Assembly: GCA_012295275.1 (NCBI GenBank)
Contig: CM022673.1
Location: forward strand, 4,836,001 to 4,900,000
Length of the DNA stretch: 64,000 nucleotides
Source: Chrysomallon squamiferum
Taxonomy: Eukaryota > Animalia > Mollusca
Direction of reading: 5' to 3'
Shown here: positions 23,801 through 35,100 of the stretch, one piece after another
Layout: each line of letters opens with the position of its first letter
Position numbering within the stretch: the stretch's first letter is position 1
The notes under the pieces: model-generated
Seen by the model: only the letters and a program-made list of their open reading frames with translations
Told to the model about the DNA's origin: nothing
The model's database searches: none
Made by a program: the position numbers and the translations under genes

Positions 23801-26764
23801 ACAGATGAGTTGCAGTCAGAATTAGAAAATCACAAAGAGATAATTATGCACATTGTAGAATCATCATGTGATGAAATGGAAGGTGTGACCTTTACAAATT
23901 TCAGAAATGGAGTGAAAATCCTAGAGATGAATATAACAAGAATGAAAATGGAAATGGAGAGACTTCTGCTATTGGTTGATGATAGAAACTTAAAGATAAC
24001 TGAAATGGAGTCAGCAGCAGCTAAGAAGAATGAAGATACAGAGATCATGTCAGACTATATAAACACTTTGAAATCAGAACTCACAGAAGTTAAGGTCCTT
24101 CTAGATGAAAAGTCTGATGAAATAATGCAAAAGGATGTTGAGATTTCCAACATACATGCCATCATGGACAGCGTGAAAAAAGAAAAAGAAATCCTTAAAA
24201 TAAATTTTGATTCATGTTTGGAAGAAATGCAGTCAAAAATAGCTGAACAGGAAACTGAAATTAGAAACTTGAAAAGTCAGCTGGTTGAAAACACAAAGAA
24301 TTCTGACGATGAAGATGACATTAAAGCTGCATATGAAACGCACGTGTCTGTTGTAGAAGACAAACTGGAGAAAACACAGGCTGAACTGGAGCAGTTAAAA
24401 ATTAAGTTTAATTCTGTCTTGGATGACAAACAGAATTTGCTGTCTTCTGCTGAAAATCACATTGCAGAATTAGAGGATACTTCTAATGGTTTGGAAAATG
24501 AAAATGCTCGGTTGAAAGAACAAATGGAAAGGGCATCAGAAATCTTCCAGACAGAGAAATCGGATATGCAGAGAATGCATGAAACACAAATTGCTGAGTT
24601 AGAAGATAACTGTAGGACTCTTGAAGCAAATGTAAATCGACTGCAAAGTCAAATATCAGAACAAGTAAAGACATTTGAACAACAGAAGAATGAACTGGAA
24701 GAGAACTATGAAAATCAGCTGTCCGATATTGAAGATCGATGTCGAATTCTGGATATGGAAAATGGAAAACTGAAGCACCATATGGAAGAAATGGCAAAAG
24801 ATCATAAACAAGAGAAAGAACATCTCCACAGAATGTTTGAAAATCAGATTATTGAACTGGAGGACAGATGCAGAGAAAATGACAGTAAGTTTGGACGTTG
24901 CAGACAGAAACTGGAAGAGCAGCTCTTTGATTCTGAGCAGCAAAAGAGTCGATTAGAACAGCAGGTACAAGAGTTGCTTGACAAGTACAAAGATCTGGAA
25001 CAAAACAGGTCAGTAGATCATGAAATGGCAGGAACTAGGGCAATCTTAGGAGGAGACATTACGGTAGAACGAACCCAAGGTGAAGGACAAGAGCAGGAAT
25101 ATGTAGCTGAGAAATTATGCTTGAGAAATAAGTCTTTGTATCCAAATGCTGCTGCATCAGAAGTGACAGAAGACAGAACTGGGATTTCAATTCAGACATC
25201 GGAGATTTATTTAAATGCATCCAAGCAACATGTTCTGTGTACAACAGAAGGAAGTCAGACACAACCTAATTCTGATGTGAAACATATAGAAAACTTGGAA
25301 GAGAAAGTAAAGGTATTAAGTAATGAAAATACTGCTTTAAAGGCTCAAACAGAAGCTAAAAGGATTGTCTCCACAGCTGAACCAGTTATTCTGTCACGAC
25401 GTTACAGTTACCCGACAAGTGATGATATATTGGCTCTTAGGAATACAGTCAGTGACCTGAAGACCATGACTGAGAGTTTATCACATGACAACAATTACAT
25501 TACCATAGAGCTTCAGAAAGAAAGAGAAAAACTACATGCTGCAGCTGAGACAATTGAAGAACTGAAAGAAGGTCTGAGAAGTGCAAGAAAAGTTTTTGAT
25601 GAAATGAAAACTGATCATCAGAATGAATTGGATCAGCAGAGAGCAGAGTCTGAACAAGAAATCCAGGAGTTGAGACAGAAACTTGTAGCATGGGAAATGG
25701 AACTGATTCAACGAAGACAGTTAGTAGATGGTTCCCCAAATGAACAGATCACAGCTCAAGAAATTCTGTCTTCTGGATTAAAAATTGACAGTATGAGCTC
25801 TGCAGCTTCCAGATTAGAGGGTGAAAGTGGCAGTGAGAAAGCTGCTGAGTTGGTTAAATTGGTTGCAGATTATGAAGAGAAAGTTGGCTGTTTGTCACTG
25901 GAGCTGACTCGCTTGCAATCAGAATATCAAACTTCAAAGGATGTGCATGAAGCAGAAGTCGCTGACTTGAAAAAAAGACTTGACGTTAGTGATGAAGTAG
26001 ATATGGCAGGAGATAATAATGCTTTTAAACCAGAATCATTGGGAGAATTTCATCCAGAGCTTCCAGAGATGGTGCCTCAGGCAGGAGACAATTTGTCTTT
26101 TAATGAAGATTTTGAAATGGATATGGAACTATTAATCAGTCCAAAGAAAACTGCTAAAAAATATCTCTTGAAAGAAAGTACCATTTATCTAACTGATGTA
26201 TCTACTCAGACTGAAGCTGATGAATTAATATTTCATCAAGAGAGGCACCAAGTCTGTGATCATTTTGAAAGTGAATCTTTACAAACTTCTCCAGAATTAG
26301 GAAAGGTTAAACAGGATGAAGGTGTATGTACTGTAGAGCCAATTCATCTACAAGAAAGTATGATAAAACCAGATGCCTGTACTCAGACAGAAGATCCAAA
26401 TAATTTTACTCAGCAAGATATTGATCAGGCTAAAGAACTTCTTAGAAGACAGCTTACACATGAGAAAGACATGCTTGAGGAAAGCTATGTAAAGGAGCTG
26501 AGAATGCAGAAAGTTGAATTGACTCAGACTTATGAAGAGGAAAAAGAAAAACTGAAGACAGATCTGGAACAACGTCTTCATCAGAAAACATCTGCCATGA
26601 ATCGTGAGAAACAACAGCAGTTCATTAAAGCATTAAGAAAAGTCAGGAAACAGTTGGAAGCCAAACATCAAAAAGAAATTGAAAAGGTCAAACAGCAGGC
26701 TTCCATGGAAACTCCCATAGCAGAACAAAATCAGATAATTGATAAACTCAGGAAAGAAAATCAG
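20810..26764 (+). CDS. AKAP9: AKAP9/PCNT-like exon 7, giant coiled-coil exon (1,985 codons)
   Basis: ttacag|GCTGGTGAA ... CAG|gtaaaa; in frame with ORF 20834..26803; E/K/Q/L-rich heptads. Confidence 0.93.
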
Positions 26765-27005
26765 GTAAAAGATTTAGAATGTAGAGAATCTTTTAAACAG
26801 TAAATAGAATGCTTTCACTATATCTCTTAATCAAAAACAACAAATTCATTTGAAAACACAGTTTTTAAATACCTGGAGTATTTGTCAGAATAATGAAATT
26901 TAGAATTACATGTATATGTTTATATGTTTTGATTTTTTTTTTTTTTAATAGAATTGTGTGGTCTTTTTTTTTTTTTTTTTTTTAAATTTATCAATTTTGT
27001 TTCAG

Positions 27006-29264
27006 GAACTTGCTGAGGCTAGAGATGCTCTGTTAAAACAAGTGAATATGACACAGAATCATCAGACTCAGTTACAGGACGAATTACAAATAGTACTCTC
27101 AGAAAAAGGTCCTTTATCTGGTGATCTGTCAGATGTACATACAGCTTCTCCCCATTCATTTACTTCAAGCAGTGAACAGTTTATGGAAGAACTTGAAAAT
27201 CTTTCCCAGCAGTCTTTACAAGATGTGCCTTTGGAATGGGAAATGTCTGAAGATGGTATTTTTGATAATAATGAACCATGTCCAAGATGTGAATGTATCA
27301 AGCTGAAACAAAAATATGACAGTCTGGTGGAATTGTTTAACAAAGTTCAGGGAACTCAGGATAGTGCCTTTGTTGAAGAATCACAAATGCATTTGCTTAA
27401 AATAACAGATAGTTCAAAGAAGTCTTCTAGAAGCAGGATTTGTAGTGATGAGCAGGAACGTGATGAAAGCATGCCTGCAGGTAATATTGAGCATGCAGTT
27501 GTGGAAATTGCTGAAATGGAAAATCCTCCAGGAACAATAGAAAATGACTTCATGGATGGTGATTTAAGACAACGTATTTCACAACTAGAGTCAGAAAATC
27601 ATTTACTTGAAAAGAAACTGTCAGATCAACTAGATATTTTCTGCACTGAGAAGCAGCACTTGCAGCAGAAATGTGAAACTTTAGAAATTAATCTGAATCA
27701 GGCATCATTGTCTGGTCATGAAGTGGAACAAGAACTGATGAAACAAAATGATGTTCTTCAGCAGTCGCTTTCCCAGTTGAAAAACCAGCTGGATCAAAGA
27801 GCACCAGAGACACTGCAGACTGAAGAGAATCTGGATGATGATCAGAAAATGCAGATCCAGCATCTGACAAATCTTCTGGAAGACAAAGAGGTCCTTATAG
27901 ATCAGTTACAGAAACAACTACTGGAAATGATGGCAAATCAGGAGTCTACGAAACTAATTGAACTGGTAGGTGAAGGAAGTGATTTGGTTTTGGGTTTGGG
28001 AAATTCAGATATTCCTTTTCAAGGAAAAGAACTTGATAGAGTTGAGCATATTATCCCAGGTACTGAGCCCAAACAAATTGTACGACCTTGTCAGCAAGAT
28101 AAAATATTAAATAATAAATTATCACTTGTTTGTTTACAACAACATGGTGATGATTCATCTTCAGCTGACAACAGAATTGTTGACCAATCTTTTAATTTCA
28201 GTGATAATATTTCCTGTGATTTCAATGTTCAAAATACAGAGCTGATTGAAGAATTACACAGGATGCAGCAGAAAAACCATGAGCTCAGTATGATGCATGC
28301 TGAGGAGAAGGCTCTCCTTCAAGAAGAACTTGAGAGGCAGAAGTTAATGAATCAGTTAGTACAGAAAAATACAGGGTGTGAAAGTGAAACTGTGTTTTCC
28401 ACAGAAATGGTCGAGTTGAGAAAAGAACTAGCAGTCTTGAGAGAGTTTAATAAGGTGTTGTCATTTGAAAACAAATGCTTCTATGAGAGGATGAGAGATC
28501 AAGAGCATTTGGTACTCTGCTTGAAGGAAGAACTAGACAGAGAAGATGTTACCTCCAAAGATCAACAGAATGTATTTTCCAGACAGCTGCTGCTGTTACA
28601 GAAGCAGAGAGAACAGTTACTGCAAGAGATAGAAAATAGTCATTCACAACAAAATCAGCTGGCATCAGTCTTGGGAGAAAAAACCATCTTAGAAGAAACT
28701 CTAAGGAGGGAAAAACAAATGCTTCTCGAGAAACTGGTGCAGTTTGAAGATTTGCAGCAACAACTGAATCAGAGAGGCATTCACTTTGAACACTTCCTAG
28801 GTGAACAGAGACGCTTGGAACAGCTGCTGTTGTTAAAGGATGAGAATGAGAAACAGCTTATGCGGCAGAAGCGTCTTCTGCAGGAAGAGCTTTTTGAAAT
28901 AGAAGCAAAACTGAGAGAGAGGGAAGCAATTCTTGAAGAAGAAAAGACGAGGCTTCTCAGAGAGGTGAAAGAAAAAAATGTAACCATCAGAAAACTGGAA
29001 TCACTAAATATTGGAGAGCCTTCAGATGCTGGCTTAGACTTGAGAATACCCAGGGTAAGGGGCAGAAGGGCTTCAATGGGAAAGCTGGAAGAGCACACCC
29101 CACTTCAGCTTGGTGGATCCTGGCGCTCTGGAGAACCATCGTATGAAGAGGCCATCGAAATTTTGAGAAATAAGCTGAAAATGGAGCACGAAGCAAAAGT
29201 TGCTAAACTAGAAGAATCTCATGCAAGTCAGATGGCATCATTCTGGAATGAGCAAGTGAAAAAG
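27006..29264 (+). CDS. AKAP9: AKAP9/PCNT-like exon 8 (753 codons; 3' boundary uncertain)
   Basis: tttcag|GAACTT; within ORF 26958..29279. The donor is AAG|gtgccc (weak) or CAA|gtgaaa after 29255, both phase 0; read-through reaches a stop at 29277-29279. Confidence 0.88.
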
Positions 29265-31846
29265 GTGCCCAATCAGTAGTAAAGTTTTTATTTAGTAGGT
29301 TATGGGTATAGTTGGTGAAAGTGTTTTAATACAAAAATGAATGCTTTGTGAAAATGATGTTTATAATCAAACTAATCTTTCAGGTATGTGAATGTAAAAC
29401 ATTTCAGTGAATTCGTATTTTTGAAATTATTAAACTGAAAAGCTCCTGCAGGATTATTTATGCCAGTTTTCTCTGAATTTTTGCTATTCTTTATTAAATG
29501 CAGTCTCTGCAACCTAACAATCCCAAGTACAACTTCATAAAATGTGGTAATATTCAGTGGTTGTTCCTTTCCCTGTTTCTTGAATTAAAATCTGAAGATG
29601 AACTTTTTTTTTTTTTAATTTTTGTTAGCCAAGAGTATTTTATTAGTAGTAATTTTTAGTTTATTATTATTAAAAGAATGAATATAATATAGTATGTATT
29701 GAGTTTTATCTGTGATAAATATAATTATTATTAATGTATTAATCAGTAAACAATTTTTTTTTTGAACTTATATTAATGCTTAAATAAAAAAAGAAAAAGA
29801 AAATAGTAATATATATGAATTAAAATGAAAATATAATAAAGACATTTTTTAACTGCTTAATAAAATAAATTAAAACCATAATTAAATTCAGCTATTAATT
29901 TATTTTGCATTTAAATTATTAAACTGTGATCTTAATAAATGAATTAAAATGTTCCATTTGTATTATTAAATATAATCAATCATATATTTAAATTATTAAT
30001 CCTAAATTTACAAACATGTTAGAATATGTTATTTATAAAAGAATAACAGCTATCCATTTTTAAATGTATATTTTATATTTGAATCATTGCATTATCAATT
30101 ACTAAATATAATTGTTTTTTATTAACTAATTAAAGTGCCTAGATGATGATATATATAATCTGGAGTTAATATTTTTATACAAATAAATGGTGCTATTTGT
30201 TATTTTAATATACATTTAGACTTTAGAGGCTTGTATACTGCTTCTCATTCCCTATTAGCTATATAGATGCAAATAAGGTTTAAATTTTGGATGGGAAAAA
30301 AATTCATATGTCCTAGTTTGTTTCTTGTAGTTGTATACGTCATGTAAATGTTTGTATTTTTTTACATATACAGATCTGACAAAAAAAAATAAAAAATGCA
30401 AAATGTCATTGAAAAATTACAGAAAATGTTCTTTTCAAGAAAAATCTATTTTCAGCAGTAGTTAAGAATCTGACATGTATACAAATGCATGTCCTCTTCT
30501 TCATACACTTTTTACTAATAATTCCCTCTACTTAGAGATTTATCTCCCTTTTATTAGAGAAAAAAAAACATTTATTAAATCAGATTTCCATATCTTGGCA
30601 TCTGGAACTGATAACAGTTAAATTTCAGTTCAAAATACACATTTGGTACAGGAAAGTTACTAATAAAACTGCTTTCTTTAACTGCTGTAATAATGTGATA
30701 TAGTAACATTTTAATAAGAATCTCCATTTGACTATTCTTTAATGAATCAGATTTTTCTCACCTAATATTGCACTCTTTTTCAGTTTTTTGTTTGTTATAG
30801 TTTTCAGCAGATTTCATTATATTTCGGTTTTATTATTCAGTGTGCTATATCCTGCCAGTTAAATTCATACACTGTTCTTATGAATACTTTAATAACATTC
30901 TTTTTTTCTCTACATTGTTACTATAAACAACATCATTCATTTCTGATATATGAAGACATGCATATTTTAGTATAAAAACTCTCACTTAATTTGTATTTTG
31001 ATTATTTTGTGTTTATTAATGGCACTAAAAGTAGTAAGGATGAACCGACAAGACAACTCACAGACACTTAATCACATAAACAGGCATGTTACTTAATTCT
31101 TACTTAATACACATATATAATAGTATATATATATATATATATACATACACACACAAATGCATGTCCACTTCTACATACACATTTTCCTAATAATTGTCTG
31201 TTCATGTTAAAAATATTTTAAGACATTTATTTATTACTATCTGGAATCTGCTATATTATCATAAATCATATGCCAAGGTGTGTTTTGTGTGTGTGTGTGT
31301 GTGAGCGTGAGAGAGAAAAGAGAGAGACAGACAGACACAGTGAGTGAATGAGTGAATGAGTGTGTGTGTGAACAATCAGTTGTATTAGTATTGCATATTT
31401 TTTGTTAAAATTGGATATAACAGAACACTTTATATTTGACACTGGGTGGTCATTACATATCTTTCAGTATGACTCATATTTTTGTCATAATGTGGGTTGA
31501 TGTTTTACAGAAATAACAGAATATTCCCTACTGAATTTACAGTTGTCATTTCTTGCTTGGTGTATACATATATATATGTTCATTAATTGGTATTCATTTC
31601 TGAAATAGAATCTTGTTAATTACTTGATAATTAAATAAAGAGTTTGAACTGTCTTTCCGGGTGCTGATAAGTTGTGTCCAACTAGCACTTAATTGTCTGT
31701 GTTAAAAAAGTGATGGAAATGCTATCCTAAAATTTCTAGTTGACTGATTGGAAGTGTTTTAACAGAAAGTATTATTTGCATTTGTACACTGTATGTTTGA
31801 CTTTGCTTTGAGTTCATTAGAAAGAAATCTGGTGGTTTGACTTGCT

Positions 31847-31887
<41 letters not shown>

Positions 31888-34832
31888 ATTATAAACATGT
31901 ACTTTATCAGTGAAAAAGATAAGATTTCTTTTTGGATACAATTAATATTTCTTTTATACTTCTGAAAAAAATAAAATGGGCAATTGCTTTAATAAAAACT
32001 GTGATCTTTAACTTCAAGTATGTGCTTGGTTAAAAAAGATTTTGCCTAAATGACTATAAATCCAAATTTTTGGTAGTTATCAGATTGTAGAATGTCTGAA
32101 AAAAAAAATCAAATGTATTCTGACTGCACCTAATGTTCAATATTTTTAACACTTAGCTTTGCTTTGTGGTTTTCATTATCTGCTGATTTCTCACACTTGC
32201 AGTATTTTAGGTACTTTAGTATAGTAGTTTTCACTTTTGATTTTTCAGTGTGTGTGTGTGTGTGTAATTCATTAAATAATCTTAACCATTTAACTGGCTT
32301 TGATACTTCTCTTATTACTTATTTAGTTTGTTTTATATATATATATATATATATGTGCTTACAATTTCATTTTTTTTTTAAACAAATTGTAAATGCTAAA
32401 ATAAATGTTATTCCTCTTTTTTATAAACATTTGGTTTAAAATAATAATAATAATAAAATTTATATTTAGTAATTTAAATGTACACTTGTTAAGTTTGCAT
32501 TAATTCATTCAACATTTATATGAATTACTAAATTTGCTGTAGTAGTTCAAAAAATGCATTTATTACTCAGAATAACAGAATTTTATAATTTTCTTATATT
32601 TTTTATTATTTTTATATTTATTTTTTGAAGATATATTTTTTAAACATTTACTGATTTCTTTGTTTGCCATAAATAGTTGTATAAAATATGTTTAAAATAT
32701 TATTTTTGTAAAACATTAATATCAAAATTCAGTTTGTGTTCTTCCTTTTGATTTAGTAAACACATTTTTTGAAAAATTGTTTGTTTTTTGTTTATTTTCT
32801 ATTAAAATATATTACATATATTTCTCTTGACAATCATTTTATTGTTAATGGAAAACTGGTTAAGTTTAACAAATATGAAAAACAGAAGAAGAAAATAATA
32901 AAACATAAATAATTTTAATCATAGGATAAAAAGTAACTAAAAAGTAAAACAAAAGAATAAATTAGGGTGATGCATGAAAGCATTTCTCTTTTTCTTTTTT
33001 CTTACATATGTAAGAATTATTTATATAATTTTATATTGGACTAATTAATTTAATTTAATTTAAATTTTTAAAATTTTTATTTATTTTATTTTTTTTGTTT
33101 TGTTATTGTTGCACAATATTTTCTCCATAAACTGTTGTAATCTCTTTTTTATTTTATTTTATTTATTTATTTATTTTTTTTTTTTAAATTTCTTGTAGGT
33201 AATCTTTTGGAAATTAGTGGATTCTCTTTCTTAATTTTTTCAGTGTACTTATCAGTGAGTTTTTTGGTTGACTTTTTTATTGTAATATTAATCTCAGAAA
33301 TTGTTTATCCTGCAGTTTTTCTTCTTTTTTTTCTAAGGTGGAAACTGAAAGATGATGGTATTCATTTTGGCTTTTTTCACTGCCCATATATACAGGAAGT
33401 TGTGAAACCATTCATTTGCTTCTTTTTATTTCTCATTTGCGATAGATAATTTGTAAATTATTAGACACTAAATTGTGCTTTTTTTTTGTATTTTATTTTG
33501 TTGAAAGTTTAGAAGTTTGAATGTATTTGCATTGTTTAGCTCGTATATTTTTATTTATTTTTTGCTGTGATTTGTTTATTAGAAAATATTCATGTTACAT
33601 TTTTTTTTGATGGGGTTCTGTCCTGAGATACATTTCTTTGAAATTGCTAGCTCGATTTTTACATTTTGAAAATGACTTAGTTATATATTGTAACTATTTT
33701 AGGTTTTTTACTGTAATATATAGCACTAAATTCAACTTTGTTAAAAAAATGATAAATAATGACCATAAATACACATGCATTTTGCAAAATGTTACACAAC
33801 CCTTTCTCTCTTTTTTGTGTCAGAAATTCTAAAATGGATTTCTCAAAAACTTGTTAACCTCTGGGGTTTGGTTTCTCAGAGCACTGCAATAAATCAGTTA
33901 CAATAGCTGTTAAATAAAACAATTTATTTTACAAAATATTTTTTGGAAATTTTTTGACAAAAAATACCCATATTTTATAGACCACAGTACTTGTGAGACT
34001 GAAAATTCATTGTTCTTTTATTTATTTATTTATATTTTTTTGAAGAAAAAGAAAAATGCAATAAATTATATAACATAATACATTATAAATTGTTTTTTTC
34101 AAAATGTTCAGAATGTAAAACCTTTTCAGATGTCCACCCTTCCAAAGAATAAAATAAAAATGAAAAAAAAAATAAAATAAAAAAATAAAACCAGTTGTAT
34201 ATTTTTGAAAATAGATATGTGCTGCTCATACCTTGAACATGTATTGGAAAGTAAGAAGAGAAGGGGGAAAAATAACTGACCAATACAATATCAGTTTATA
34301 TTAAAGTGTATTTAAGAATAAAATTCATATCAAAAGGATTTTCTTTTCACAAAAGTATATATTTTTAAGATAATTATTAAATAATTCTGGTCATATTCAC
34401 CTTTTATATATAAATACCCTAAGTATTAACTGTATTTAACTCAATTAGCAACATGTACAGTTAATCTGTCTGCTGGAGTTTTTAGTAGTGTTGTGTAATA
34501 ACTAGGTTAGGCTGTTCATTTATAGTAAATAGGATTGCATAAAATTTAATAATGTTTTTATTCCTAAATCAGTAATAGTTATGTGCTGGTAGTCTGTTTG
34601 GTACGAGTGTAAGTGCATGTGTGGAAGGCTACAGGTGTTCATTTATATAATCCCTTGTTGATTTGCAAGTTGGAGGACAAGTTAATCATTCACGAAGACA
34701 TTGTAGTAAAAGATTTAATGAGGCCTTTAATAACCTGGCATGGAATGATTTGACTCATTTTTATCTTGCTGCTTGATTTCCCATTGGAATGTCTTTCTGT
34801 TTTATTAATCTGTTTCTTTTTTAGTCAAAAGG

Positions 34833-35100
34833 TGGATATTTGTCCAAATAATTTTTTAAATATAGTTTACAGTATAAACAGAAACAATACCATTTGTAAT
34901 AATTTCTTTGTTTCATATTGTTAGAAACAATACAATTTGTAAAACTTTATTTTGTACTGTGTCAAGGTTAATTTGTTTTATTAAAAAAATGGATATTTGT
35001 TCAAATAATTTCTAAAATATTGCTGTTGACAGTGAATTTAGAAACCATGCCATTTGTAATAATTTCTCTGTTTTGTACTGTGCGTAGATTAAATTTATTC
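34833..35100. repeat. Degenerate tandem duplication (~157-bp period)
   Basis: tggatatttgt.caaataattt...ccatttgtaataatttct.tgttt...gtactgtg occurs twice. Confidence 0.7.

Noticed and set aside
28005-28016. SDIP as an EB1-binding SxIP motif
   Set aside because: Acidic x position and no basic/Ser-rich flanks, which is unfavourable for EB binding.
20856-29196. Many minus-strand ORFs overlapping exons 7-8 (and likewise exons 14-15)
   Set aside because: Antisense shadows of a strongly biased coding strand.
20810-29279. Alternative calls such as golgin, myosin tail or CENP-F for the giant ORFs
   Set aside because: Composition alone is non-diagnostic. The N-terminal and downstream exon motifs point to the AKAP9/pericentrin family.
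30481-31197. ~45-bp direct repeat acaaatgcatgtcc...ctaataatt at both ends
   Set aside because: Looks like a local duplication; no LTR hallmarks (TG..CA, PBS) and no internal ORF.
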